A DNA stretch of 64,000 nt from Parcubacteria group bacterium (GCA_016181765.1 JACOYR010000004.1:115937-179936); one strand, 5' to 3'. Shown: positions 8,724 to 18,114, counted from the first letter of the stretch. Notes: a model not told the origin generated them from the sequence alone. Translations and numbers: made by a program.

Positions 8724-9279
8724 AATCTACGGCCGGAGCTGCTTCCGCGCCTGCTGATGCCTCAAACAGCTCGTGCGGCCCGAACCCAAACACACTGGCT
8801 ATGATGTTGCGGGGAACTTTCCGGATTGCCACGTTGTAGTCGCGAACTTTTTCGTTGTAGCGCATGCGCTCAACGCTGATGCGGTTCTCGCTCCCCTCCA
8901 GTTCCGCGATCAGGGCCTGGAACGATTCCTGGGATTTGAGCGTTGGGTAATTTTCCACGATGACCAAAAGCCGCGCGAGCGCTGATTCAACCTGGGTCGC
9001 GGCTGCCGCCTGCTCATCCGTTGACCCGGCGCCCGCGTACCGCGCGCGCGCGTCCGCTAAATCGCCGAACACTTTTTCGTCCTGCGCCGCAGAGCCTTTG
9101 ACCGTGTTCACGATATTCGGGATGAGGTCCAACCGGCGCTGGTACACGGACTCAATGTTGGCCCACTGGGCCAAGACTGCCTCGTCGCGGGACACGAGCC
9201 CGTTATATCCGCTCCAGAGCCAGAGCACGGCCAGCGCAATGGCACCTATGATGATCCAGGATGTCTTGATCTTTGGCAT
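8713..9279 (-). CDS. lemA: LemA family protein
   Basis: N-terminal TM plus LemA domain; frequently paired with TPM protein. Confidence 0.85.
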   Translation of the reverse strand: MPKIKTSWIIIGAIALAVLWLWSGYNGLVSRDEAVLAQWANIESVYQRRLDLIPNIVNTVKGSAAQDEKVFGDLADARARYAGAGSTDEQAAAATQVESALARLLVIVENYPTLKSQESFQALIAELEGSENRISVERMRYNEKVRDYNVAIRKVPRNIIASVFGFGPHELFEASAGAEAAPAVDFES

Positions 9280-9386
9280 ATACTATTGATGATTAATGGT
9301 ATGAAACCAGTATAGCAAACGGTTGCATTTTCCGCAAAAATCCGCTATAGTATGCCGTATAAATCACAGCGTCCCTGCGACAGCAC

Positions 9387-9461
9387 GCCGCTATCGTCTA
9401 ATGGTCAGGACGCCAGGTTCTCATCCTGGCAATCGGGGTTCGATTCCCCGTAGCGGTACCA
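9387..9461 (+). tRNA. tRNA-Glu (anticodon CTC), CCA encoded
   Basis: Cloverleaf: acceptor GCCGCTA/TAGCGGT, anticodon loop TTCTCAT, T-loop GGGGTTCGATTCCCC. Confidence 0.85.
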
Positions 9462-9465
9462 ACGC

Positions 9466-11043
9466 ATGCCTTCCATCACCCAGCCAATCCAGGCGCTGGT
9501 CCAGGCCGCGCTCGCTTCCAAGCGCGAGCAGGACATTGACCCGCAGGAGCCCAAAATAGCCATTCCCACGCGCGCGGCGGCCGCGAGTTTTGTGTATGAG
9601 CGCATGCGGAACGCGGTTGACTACAAAGAAGAGCACCTCATCCGCCGCAACGCCATTGAGCGCATTTTGCGCAGGATGCTCTCCCAAGGAGAGCGCGAGA
9701 ATATCGCGGAGAACCTGGTATACGAACTCATCCACGCGCGCTATTTGCCGAACAACGCCATCCCCCAACGCAAACTCGGGGACCTGAAAAAAATCTTTGA
9801 CAAGTACGTTGCCATTCTCGGGTTTGCGCATCTCAAAGACGCGGCTGATCGCGCGAGCCTGCCCGGATTCATGCTCGGGATATTTGCCACGGAGGTTGAT
9901 GAATTTTTGGTGCCTCCGCACGTGATGCACGCGTCCATCAACGCCATGTACGAGTCTATGGACCGGCACATGCACATTGAGCGCGCGGGCATTCCGCCCG
10001 AGGACCGCGCGAAACAGATTTACCTGGCCGCATCGCGCGCCCTCTACAAGAACGACAACGACACGCTCGCCTACCACTTGATGCTCGTCTACTGCCCGCG
10101 CTGGAGAAACGCGGACCCAAGCCTCATCCGGGACGTGGGCGCGCGCCTGGAGGAACTGCGGCAAAAAATCAGCGCGGACCTGAACCACCCGCTCAAAGAA
10201 AAACTCGCGGCCGCCCTGCGCAAGCGCGTGGCGTACTTCGCCATAGTGCGCGACATCATTGTAGGCGATCCGAGCAACGCCTGGCACGACCTGCAAACTC
10301 CAGGCCTTGCGTTTGAAGCGCGCATCCGCGAGCGGTGCGGAGAAAACTACAAAGCGTCCCGCACGAGCCTCCACCGATCCATCACGCGCTCCATCATCTA
10401 CCTCGTCATCACCAAGTTCCTGCTGTTCCTGGTGCTGGAAATTCCGGTTGACTACTTCATCATGAAGCACTTCGCCCTTGCACCCATTGCCATCAACCTC
10501 CTGTTCCCGCCGAGCCTGCTCGCCATCATTGCGCTCTCCACTAAGCTGCCGGACGAAAAAAACACGGACCTCATCGTAACGGGCATCCAGGACATTGTGG
10601 AGGGCCGCGGGGATCTGGTGCAGGTCGCGAAGAGCGCCCGGCGGAGCCTGGTGCGCGGGGCCGTGTTTATCGTGCTCTATGCCATGCTCTTCGCGGTCTC
10701 GTTCGGACTCCTCATCTATATTTTGCAGCTTTTGGAGTTTACCGCGGTCTCTATTTTGGTCTTCCTCTTTTTCCTATCCTTGGTTTCTTTGTTTGCGTAC
10801 CGCATTCGGCTCGCAAACCAGGAGTTGATTGTGACCCCGCCCAAGCGCGGCATGTTCCGCGCGCTGTGGAGCTTTTTTACGCTGCCGGTGCTGCACGCGG
10901 GCAAGTGGATGTCCACACGCTTTGCCCATATCAACGTATTTATTTTTGTGCTGGACTTTGTGATTGAAGCGCCGTTCAAAGCCTTCATCAAAGTGATTGA
11001 GGAATGGATGAATTATGTGTACGAGAAAAAGGAGGAGATTTAG
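9466..11043 (+). CDS. Hypothetical integral membrane protein (525 aa; cytoplasmic N-domain plus C-terminal multi-TM region)
   Basis: Long ORF with coding-like composition and multiple hydrophobic helices; start adjacent to tRNA is uncertain. Confidence 0.45.
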   Translation: MPSITQPIQALVQAALASKREQDIDPQEPKIAIPTRAAAASFVYERMRNAVDYKEEHLIRRNAIERILRRMLSQGERENIAENLVYELIHARYLPNNAIPQRKLGDLKKIFDKYVAILGFAHLKDAADRASLPGFMLGIFATEVDEFLVPPHVMHASINAMYESMDRHMHIERAGIPPEDRAKQIYLAASRALYKNDNDTLAYHLMLVYCPRWRNADPSLIRDVGARLEELRQKISADLNHPLKEKLAAALRKRVAYFAIVRDIIVGDPSNAWHDLQTPGLAFEARIRERCGENYKASRTSLHRSITRSIIYLVITKFLLFLVLEIPVDYFIMKHFALAPIAINLLFPPSLLAIIALSTKLPDEKNTDLIVTGIQDIVEGRGDLVQVAKSARRSLVRGAVFIVLYAMLFAVSFGLLIYILQLLEFTAVSILVFLFFLSLVSLFAYRIRLANQELIVTPPKRGMFRALWSFFTLPVLHAGKWMSTRFAHINVFIFVLDFVIEAPFKAFIKVIEEWMNYVYEKKEEI

Positions 11044-11053
11044 ATTCCACGTT

Positions 11054-11087
11054 CCCCGCCTTACTAAGGAGGGGTTAGGGGAGGTTG
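11054..11087 (+). repeat. Palindromic repeat copy 3 (ccccgcctt-acta-aggagggg-ttaggggagg), supplies SD for dus
   Basis: Family consensus with minor degeneration, immediately upstream of dus ATG. Confidence 0.55.
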
Positions 11088-11091
11088 TACG

Positions 11092-12129
11092 ATGAATTTC
11101 TGGAATGACCTTCCACGCCCCTTTTTTGTATTGGCCCCCATGGCCGATGTCACGGACGCGGCATTCCGGCGTTTGATTGCAAAATACGGCGGGCCGCACG
11201 CCATGTGGACTGAATTTGTGTCTGCGGATGGTTTGTTTTCCGCGGGGCATGATGCCGTGGTAAAAGATTTGGCATATGATGAGAGCGAGCGCCCGATTGT
11301 GGCCCAGCTCTTTACGTCCAAGCCCCACGTGATGGAGAAAGCCGCGGCCATGATTCAAAGTATGGGCTTTGACGGGTTTGACATTAACATGGGCTGCCCG
11401 GACCGGGCCGTGGAAAAGCAGGGATGCGGAGCCGCACTCATGAAAGACCATAAGCTCGCGCAAGAATTGATTGCCGCGGCAAAACAGGGCGCGCCCAAGC
11501 TGCCAATCTCGGTTAAGACTCGGATTGGGTATCGTACCAATGAACTTGATGCATGGCTGCCTGCTCTGCTTGAGGCTGAACCTGCTGCCGTAACCTTTCA
11601 CTGGCGCACGCGGTCTGAACTCTCGGATGTGCCCAGCCACTGGGAATTGGCGCATGACGCGGTGCGTATTCGGGACGACATGCATGCAAAGACGCTGATA
11701 GTGGGCAATGGGGATGTTTTGTCCCTGGAAGACGCGCAACGAAAAGCTGATGAGACTGGAGTGGACGGAGTCATGGTCGGCAAAGGCATCTTCGGCAACC
11801 CCTGGCTCTTCTCCGGCCATGTGCCGACTGTTGATGAAAAGCTAGCTGTTTTGGTTGAGCATTGCCGTTTGTTTGAGAAACTCGTGTCCCACAAACGGTT
11901 CCACGTCATGAAAAAGCACTTCAAGGCGTACGTCCAGGGATGGGACGGGGCTAAAGAGCTACGCATGAAACTGATGGAGTGCGAAACCGCGGATGAGGTG
12001 GAGCGTGTGATTAGTGTGGCAATGGTGGCCAATGGAATGGCAACGACACGGAGCGGGGCCTTGAGTCAAGAAACCCAACATGCTATAATGGCTCCATGGA
12101 TAACCAAAACGAACAAGACCAACCGGTAA
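11092..12129 (+). CDS. dus: tRNA-dihydrouridine synthase (Dus family)
   Basis: FMN-binding TIM-barrel motifs (LAPMADVTD, INMGCP) and C-terminal helical domain. Confidence 0.9.
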   Translation: MNFWNDLPRPFFVLAPMADVTDAAFRRLIAKYGGPHAMWTEFVSADGLFSAGHDAVVKDLAYDESERPIVAQLFTSKPHVMEKAAAMIQSMGFDGFDINMGCPDRAVEKQGCGAALMKDHKLAQELIAAAKQGAPKLPISVKTRIGYRTNELDAWLPALLEAEPAAVTFHWRTRSELSDVPSHWELAHDAVRIRDDMHAKTLIVGNGDVLSLEDAQRKADETGVDGVMVGKGIFGNPWLFSGHVPTVDEKLAVLVEHCRLFEKLVSHKRFHVMKKHFKAYVQGWDGAKELRMKLMECETADEVERVISVAMVANGMATTRSGALSQETQHAIMAPWITKTNKTNR

Positions 12130-12398
12130 CCCAACGAGAATTCAAGAAGGATATCTCGGATGTCAAGGAATCCATTGATTTTATTATTCAAAACGCGGCC
12201 ACCAAAGAAGACTTAACGCAGTTTAAGAGTGATATTCTGACGGGCGTGGACAAAGTTTTTAAGGAAGTCAAAACCATGCGCGAGGAGCAAACCATGAAAG
12301 TCGCGCGGGACGACCGGCAGGATGATGAAATCATAGGCATCAAGCGCCGCGTGACGCGCGTTGAAACGCATGTCGGCCTTGAGCCGCTGGCGGGCTAG
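12096..12398 (+). CDS. Hypothetical small charged protein (100 aa)
   Basis: ORF only; overlaps dus 3' end, start may be downstream. Confidence 0.3.
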   Translation: MDNQNEQDQPVTQREFKKDISDVKESIDFIIQNAATKEDLTQFKSDILTGVDKVFKEVKTMREEQTMKVARDDRQDDEIIGIKRRVTRVETHVGLEPLAG

Positions 12399-13651
12399 TT
12401 CAAGCGGCGGGGCTCGGCCATGATTTCTTTGACGATTGCCTCCATCTTCATGCCGCGCGAACCCTTGACCAGCACCAGGTCCCCTTTTTCCATTCTCTGC
12501 TGGACAAACAAGCCCGCTTCCTGCGTGGCGCCAAATTCAAACACGCGCTCCTCTTCCATGCCAGCTTCCCGCGCGCCGGCCGCAATGTCCCTGGCGCGCT
12601 CCCCGACCGTAATGAGCACGTTAATCCCGGAAAGTGACGCAATGAGCTGGCCTATGGCGCGGTGCTCGCCTTCGCTCAAACTCCCGAGCTCAAGCATGTC
12701 CCCGAGCACGGCAAACACGGTTCCGTGGCGATGCAAATCCGCAACTGCCTGCAGCGCGGCTTTCATGGAAGCCGGGGACGCGTTGTAGGTATCATCAATA
12801 ATGGTGGTGCGCTTAATGCCGGGAAGCACGCGCATCCTGCCCGGCTCAAGTTTGAGCTCGCGTAAGCCCTCCGCAACCTCAACCATATTCACCCCCAGTA
12901 TGCCGGCGACGCTCGCCGCAACCAGCGCGGGGTAGGCCCAGTGGCTGCCCAGCGCATCGCGGATCAAAACGGGCGTGACTGACCCGGCCGCGTGCACTTT
13001 GAACGACATTCCCGCGATTCCTGTTTCAGTATCATTGGTTTCGCTTACCAGGATATCGGAGGCAAAGACATCAACCCCCTCTGCCTCTGACAGCGCATAG
13101 CTGACCCTTTGCGCACGTGACGATTCGGCGAGCTTCGCCACTTCCGCATCGTCCCGGTTCACCACAATCCACCCGCCCGGCCGCACTGCGCGGAACAGGG
13201 CGCCCTTTTCCTTTGCCACGCCCGCGGCATCGCCGAACGCTTGCGTGTGCGCCGTAGAGATCGCGGTGATAACGGCAATGTCCGGCGGTACAAAAGCTGT
13301 TAAGGCCGCAATGTCCCCGGGCTTGTCCGCTCCCATCTCAAGGATGAGCACCTTGGCGTAATTGCACGGCCGCACAAGCAAACTCGCCGCGCGCAGCAAC
13401 ACAGCGCACCACCGCACCGGCGATCTGCCCGGCATCCAGCCTATGTCAAAAATGGCGAGCGGCACGCCGATTTCCGTGTTGAAATTCCCGCGGCTCCGGC
13501 GGGTTTTGAACTTCTTCTTAATGGCCGCGTACACCGCCTCTTTGGCCGCGGTCTTGCCCACGCTGCCCGTAATGGCGATAACCGTGGGCCGGTACTTCTG
13601 TATGACGCGGCGCGCGAGTACCGCGAGTACTATTATGACTATGCGCTTCAT
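12395..13651 (-). CDS. murF: UDP-N-acetylmuramoyl-tripeptide--D-alanyl-D-alanine ligase (Mur ligase family, MurF-like)
   Basis: ITGSVGKT P-loop, GNFNTEIGVPL motif, dcw cluster position after ftsI. Confidence 0.8.
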   Translation of the reverse strand: MKRIVIIVLAVLARRVIQKYRPTVIAITGSVGKTAAKEAVYAAIKKKFKTRRSRGNFNTEIGVPLAIFDIGWMPGRSPVRWCAVLLRAASLLVRPCNYAKVLILEMGADKPGDIAALTAFVPPDIAVITAISTAHTQAFGDAAGVAKEKGALFRAVRPGGWIVVNRDDAEVAKLAESSRAQRVSYALSEAEGVDVFASDILVSETNDTETGIAGMSFKVHAAGSVTPVLIRDALGSHWAYPALVAASVAGILGVNMVEVAEGLRELKLEPGRMRVLPGIKRTTIIDDTYNASPASMKAALQAVADLHRHGTVFAVLGDMLELGSLSEGEHRAIGQLIASLSGINVLITVGERARDIAAGAREAGMEEERVFEFGATQEAGLFVQQRMEKGDLVLVKGSRGMKMEAIVKEIMAEPRRLN

Positions 13652-15402
13652 AGTGCTTCATCCGGCGGAACTTCGTAGTACTGCATAATGAATTTGGCAA
13701 TGTCCCCGAACAGAGGAGCGGCAGTTCCCGACGCAAACCTGCCGTTCTCGGGGGCATCCAATTTGATGAGCATGGCGAACCGCGGAGCATCCACCGGGCC
13801 GTAGCCCGCAAACGAGTGCATGGTCTTTCTGCCGTACGCCCCGCCCTCCGCAATCTGCGCGGTTCCGGTCTTGCCCGCAATGTAGTACCCTGGCACGCCC
13901 CCGTGGTTATCATACCCCTCCCTGACCACGGACACGAGCATGCCCGAGATGATGGCAGACGTGCGGGGGCTTACAACCGTATCCACGGCTAAGGGCTCAG
14001 TGCGGCTTACCACAGCATCAGACCGCCGCTTTTCGGCAATAATATAGGGTTTCATCAGTGTACCACCATTTGCCAGGGCTGCATATCCCATCACAATCTG
14101 GAGCGGAGTTACGGTGATTCCCTGCCCGAACGAGGCCGTGGCAGCCCAGATGTCGCCCCGCTTTTTGAGGGATGAAATGTTCCCGGAAACCTCGTTCGGC
14201 AGCTCAATGTCTGTACTCCTGCCGAACCCGAACGTCTCCACGTACTCGCGGAACGTGCCTGATCCGATGCTCTGCTGGGCAAACACCGCGCCCGTGTTGA
14301 GCGACTGCTCCAACACGGCAACCATGTCCACGAGCCCGCGCCCCTGTCCGTCAAAATTATTCAAACGATGCTCTCCGACAACCATAAACCCCTCGTCTGT
14401 GTACGTGGTCTGCGGGGTGAGCGCCTCCTCGTTCAAGGCAGCTGCCATGGTAAACGGCTTAAAGATTGAGCCCGGCTCATAAGTTCCGGCAATGGCCGGG
14501 TTCAAATACACGCTGATGTCCGCAACCTCGTTGTAGTTATTCGGGTCAAAGCCGGGAACCGAGCACATCACGAGCACGGCCCCGCTTGCGGGGTCCACGA
14601 TAATGGCGGTTCCGCCGGAAGCGGCCACCTGGGCAACGCGCTCCGAAAGCTTTTGGCACGCGTATGTCTGCAAGGTCCGGTCTATGGTGAGGACAAGGTC
14701 AATGCCGGGCTCGGGCTCAATGCGTTCCAAGGCCGCGTTCTGTATGAGCCTCCCGGACGAATCCGTGGCCCCGGAAATGGATCCGTCTTTCCCGGCGAGC
14801 TCTGCATCAAAGAGCCTCTCAAGCCCGTACTGCCCTGTTTTCTCTTCGCTTGCGGACCCCACAAACCCGGTGACGTGGGCCACGAGCCCGCCCTCCGGAT
14901 AGTAGCGCCACTCTTCGGGTTCCCATGCTAATCCCGGCATGCCCAGCTGTTCAAACGGCGCCAACTCCTCTTTGGTGAGTTTATGCAGAAGCGGCTCGTA
15001 GATATCGTTCTCTTTGCCCAGGCGATAGCGCAGCGTTTCTCCATCCAGGCCGTACGGCTCAAGGAGCGGCACAAGCGCGGTAAACGCGGCTTCCGCATTC
15101 CCGATATCTTTAGGCACAATGTACAGCTGGCTGAACGCGCGGTTTGTGGCAACCGGATATTCGGTGCCGGATGCGCGCTCGCCGATGAATATCTTGCCCC
15201 GTTCCGCCATCAACACGCGCACGGTTCCGTGCTGGCTTTGGGCGCGCTCCAGAATCTCGGCCGCGCGCAGAATCTGCAGATCCGCGAGCCGGTATGCAAG
15301 CGTTGCCCCGAATATAAAAATAACCCCAATCATCAAACTGAGGCGGACCGGCGAGAGGGACGCGGACGCGTTAAGGCGAGAGCGGGGAACCATACGCGGC
15401 AA
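13648..15402 (-). CDS. ftsI: Penicillin-binding protein 2/FtsI transpeptidase
   Basis: SxxK (SIFKP), SxN, KTGT motifs; N-terminal TM; dcw context. Confidence 0.9.
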   Translation of the reverse strand: MPRMVPRSRLNASASLSPVRLSLMIGVIFIFGATLAYRLADLQILRAAEILERAQSQHGTVRVLMAERGKIFIGERASGTEYPVATNRAFSQLYIVPKDIGNAEAAFTALVPLLEPYGLDGETLRYRLGKENDIYEPLLHKLTKEELAPFEQLGMPGLAWEPEEWRYYPEGGLVAHVTGFVGSASEEKTGQYGLERLFDAELAGKDGSISGATDSSGRLIQNAALERIEPEPGIDLVLTIDRTLQTYACQKLSERVAQVAASGGTAIIVDPASGAVLVMCSVPGFDPNNYNEVADISVYLNPAIAGTYEPGSIFKPFTMAAALNEEALTPQTTYTDEGFMVVGEHRLNNFDGQGRGLVDMVAVLEQSLNTGAVFAQQSIGSGTFREYVETFGFGRSTDIELPNEVSGNISSLKKRGDIWAATASFGQGITVTPLQIVMGYAALANGGTLMKPYIIAEKRRSDAVVSRTEPLAVDTVVSPRTSAIISGMLVSVVREGYDNHGGVPGYYIAGKTGTAQIAEGGAYGRKTMHSFAGYGPVDAPRFAMLIKLDAPENGRFASGTAAPLFGDIAKFIMQYYEVPPDEAL

Positions 15403-15718
15403 CGGTGCTGAATCCCAGGTGCACGTACGTAACCTCCTGGGGCGCCTGCAGCGCCAGGCGCTCGGCGCGGCGCGCCACCGCGGCGAGCGAACGCGCCTGG
15501 GAGAGCTGCAAATTTAAATCACGGATCTCGCCCGCAAGCTCCGTGCGCCGCGCCTCCAGGTCGCGGATGGAAAATGTGTGCCCTGCCTCGGAGTTGAGCT
15601 GCCACACGTATACCGCGGCAAATCCGACCAACAACAGGATGAGGATGGCGTGCCATTTTACCAAGCCTGTGTTGTGCGATCGGGAATAGTGCATGGGCAA
15701 CGCGTAAGCCCGCTCCAA
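15371..15718 (-). CDS. ftsL: Cell division protein FtsL-like (single TM plus coiled coil)
   Basis: Size, topology and position between rsmH and ftsI. Confidence 0.55.
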   Translation of the reverse strand: MERAYALPMHYSRSHNTGLVKWHAILILLLVGFAAVYVWQLNSEAGHTFSIRDLEARRTELAGEIRDLNLQLSQARSLAAVARRAERLALQAPQEVTYVHLGFSTVAAYGSPLSP

Positions 15719-15729
15719 GCGCAGCGCGG

Positions 15730-16668
15730 CTACGTTTTTTGTATAATGCGCAGCTTGGCGCTCCGCGAAGGCTTGTTCGCGAGCGCCTCGGCGCGGGTTG
15801 GTTTCTTGACTTTCTTGTTTACCAGGGTGATGGTTGGCGCTTGGGCGCGCGCCGCATCCCTAAAAAAGAATTTCACGATGCGGTCCTCCAGGGAATGGAA
15901 CGATAATACCGCCATGCGCCCGCCCGGAGCGAGCAGCGAAACCAGCTCGGGCAGGGCCCTCTTGAGGTTTTCCAATTCACCGTTGGTAGCTATGCGCAGA
16001 GCCTGGAAAATGCGGGTAGCGGGGTGGATGCGGTACCTACCGCGCCCTCCGGCTCCGCGCACAACTACGTCTGCCAGTTCTCGGGTGGTGTTGATGGGCG
16101 CGCGCTTGCGCGCAGCGGCTATTGCCTGTGCTGCGCGAGCGGCGTGCCGCTCTTCACCATATTCGGTGAATATTCGTTCCAGAGATTTCTCTGGCCAGGT
16201 GTTCACTATCTCGCGCGCGGTTAGCGTCCCCTGGTCAGAAAACCTCATGTCTAGCGGTCCTTCAGTGTTGAAACTAAATCCTCTAGACTCGTCTTTGAGT
16301 TGATCGCGAGATACACCCAGATCCAGTAGTACAGCGCTAACCGGATAAAATCGTTGTTCATACGCAATTCGTTTTGTTTCGGTATAATTTGCTTGTTTGA
16401 AGATGACTCTCTTTGCTTCCCCCTCCTTTGTCCTCAAGGAGGGGGCGAGGGGGTGGTTGTACTTTGCAAGGCGTTTTTGTGAACGCCCGATCGCGTCCTG
16501 GTCCCAGTCAATGGCGAGGAGCCTCCCGTTTGGGGCCGTTGCGTTAAGGATCGCTTCCGCGTGTCCCCCTCCGCCCACGGTTGCATCTATGACAAGCGCT
16601 CCGGGTTTCAAATTAAGCCCATTAACTGCCTCCTCAAGCATGACGGGAATTTGTAGGGATTCACTCAT
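15730..16668 (-). CDS. rsmH: 16S rRNA (cytosine1402-N4)-methyltransferase RsmH, containing an in-frame palindromic-repeat insertion
   Basis: RsmH motifs (DATVGGGGH, LLDLGVS, GFSF); repeat copy 4 at 16419-16457 translates as NHPLAPSLRTKEGEA. Confidence 0.9.
   Translation of the reverse strand: MSESLQIPVMLEEAVNGLNLKPGALVIDATVGGGGHAEAILNATAPNGRLLAIDWDQDAIGRSQKRLAKYNHPLAPSLRTKEGEAKRVIFKQANYTETKRIAYEQRFYPVSAVLLDLGVSRDQLKDESRGFSFNTEGPLDMRFSDQGTLTAREIVNTWPEKSLERIFTEYGEERHAARAAQAIAAARKRAPINTTRELADVVVRGAGGRGRYRIHPATRIFQALRIATNGELENLKRALPELVSLLAPGGRMAVLSFHSLEDRIVKFFFRDAARAQAPTITLVNKKVKKPTRAEALANKPSRSAKLRIIQKT
16419..16457 (+). repeat. Palindromic repeat copy 4, located inside rsmH coding sequence in frame
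   Basis: ccccctcctt-tgtcctc-aaggaggggg-cgagggggtggt matches family consensus. Confidence 0.7.
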
Positions 16669-16817
16669 GGCATTAAAAAGGAGCTCTTACAAAAGCTCCA
16701 CTAAAAAACAATGCAAAACAGTCATGCGAAAAAAAACTGGATGTGTTTTGTTTTTGTTTTTTGGCGTAAAGCCTTTGGGTCATAGCGCGAGCTGCCTCGC
16801 GGTATGATTGAAAGACA

Positions 16818-17246
16818 TTACACTCCGAGCTCTTCCGCGATTTTGGCGGAATCTTTCTCGGTAGCAAGCTTGTACTTTTCCCAAGTCTTGGCATCCCACA
16901 CTTCCAAGCGGTTGTGCAAACCCGCAATGGTGGTGTCTTTTTTGATGCCGGCAAATTTTCTCAAATACTCCGGGATTAAGATGCGGCCCTGGCTGTCCAG
17001 TGACACGTCCATGGCGCCGGCGAGCATAAGGCGGCTGAATGCGCGCGATGTGCCTTGCGAGAGCGGGAGGCCGGAAAGCCTCTCTACAAATTTTTTCCAC
17101 TCATCCGGGGTGTACACGAACAAGCAGTTATCAAGTCCCCTTGTGACGATTGCCCCTTTTTTCAAAGTCTGGCGGAATTTGGCGGGAATTGCCATTCTGC
17201 CTTTCCCATCAATGGAATGTTGGTACTCTCCGATGAACATGGCCAC
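16818..17246 (-). CDS. mraZ: Transcriptional regulator MraZ
   Basis: Tandem MraZ repeats with DxxxR motifs (IDGKGRMAIP, LDSQGRILIP). Confidence 0.9.
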   Translation of the reverse strand: MAMFIGEYQHSIDGKGRMAIPAKFRQTLKKGAIVTRGLDNCLFVYTPDEWKKFVERLSGLPLSQGTSRAFSRLMLAGAMDVSLDSQGRILIPEYLRKFAGIKKDTTIAGLHNRLEVWDAKTWEKYKLATEKDSAKIAEELGV

Positions 17247-17380
17247 TCTTTATCAACAGTTTTGGTGACTTATCCCCACTTCCATCCACCTTTCACCACT
17301 GTGCAGGTATTATACACCACTTTGCATTTCATCACAACCCCCTGCAAGAGGGGTTTTACGCACAACTTATTCACAACAGC

Positions 17381-17456
17381 ATTCCCCCTCCTTGATTTAA
17401 GGAAGGCTTGACTAAACATTCCCCCTCCTTGATAAGGAGGGGGTTAGGGGGTGGTA
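17381..17456 (+). repeat. Palindromic repeat copy 5 with partial tandem duplication, upstream of mraZ
   Basis: cattccccctccttgat occurs twice (17380 and 17418); second unit completes aaggaggggg-ttagggggtggt. Confidence 0.65.
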
Positions 17457-17489
17457 AAAAAAAAGCCAATCCATGTAGGTCTGGATTGG
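17453..17489 (-). terminator. Rho-independent terminator (hairpin gccaatcca...tggattggc followed by T-run on minus strand)
   Basis: 9-bp stem plus poly-T on minus strand, downstream of small membrane protein gene. Confidence 0.5.
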
Positions 17490-17666
17490 CCGTGGTATAT
17501 CTGCAACGGCGGCGCTTGACTTTGTCAAGGTCCACGTTGGTAAGGAGGCGGTAACGCGCCTGCTGCGCCATGGGCCCCGTCCCCTTGCGGGGCTTAGCTA
17601 CGGACGAAGAACAACTGGCTTGTCAGTCCCGCGCCAGCTTCGGTTTGTAGCGGAGTAGATGACTCC

Positions 17667-17903
17667 TTATCTCCCCCAAATCTCACCCGCAAGCCGAACG
17701 GGTATTGCAAGAACAGACAACGCCAAAAACACAAGAAATCCCAGAAGCAGTGCAGTTGCTGCTGCCTCTCCCGCTCTACCTAAGGGGCCATGCCGAAGGC
17801 CGATCTTAGAAGTATCATTCATGAATGAGCGGAAGATGAATAGAGAGATGATGAGCGATATCACTATCAACCATGGGTTCATAGCTGACTCTCCTTGACC
17901 CAT
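17667..17903 (-). CDS. Small membrane protein (78 aa, two TM helices)
   Basis: Strong SD (AAGGAGA) 7 nt upstream of ATG; hydrophobic. Confidence 0.45.
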   Translation of the reverse strand: MGQGESAMNPWLIVISLIISLFIFRSFMNDTSKIGLRHGPLGRAGEAAATALLLGFLVFLALSVLAIPVRLAGEIWGR

Positions 17904-17970
17904 GTGCTCGGTCCGGTGAGGGTGAAAAAACGTAGCCTAACTTGTTGACAAAATACAATTTTAACCTATC

Positions 17971-18111
17971 TAGGACTTACGCGTTTGCCGTCATTCTGGA
18001 GCGAGGGTACTCCCGAGCGATAGAATCTATGCGTTTTTCACGGAGATTCTATCGGCTTTGAGTACAAAGCCTCCAGAATGACGACTATTTTTGTCAAACG
18101 CGTAAGTCCTA
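17971..18111. mobile_element. MITE-like 141-bp element with 17-bp terminal inverted repeats (TAGGACTTACGCGTTTG ... CAAACGCGTAAGTCCTA) and nested internal palindromes
   Basis: Directly visible TIRs plus a second inner inverted repeat (CCGTCATTCTGGAG / CTCCAGAATGACG) and a central palindrome (cgatagaatct / agattctatcg); non-coding. Confidence 0.5.
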
Positions 18112-18114
18112 TAA

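Noticed and set aside
9421-10470. 349-aa minus-strand ORF overlapping the tRNA-Glu and the 525-aa membrane protein gene
   Set aside because: It overlaps a well-supported tRNA and has an antisense-like composition.
10774-11820. 348-aa minus-strand ORF antisense to dus
   Set aside because: The Dus motifs on the plus strand are clear, and the minus frame is Arg/His-rich.
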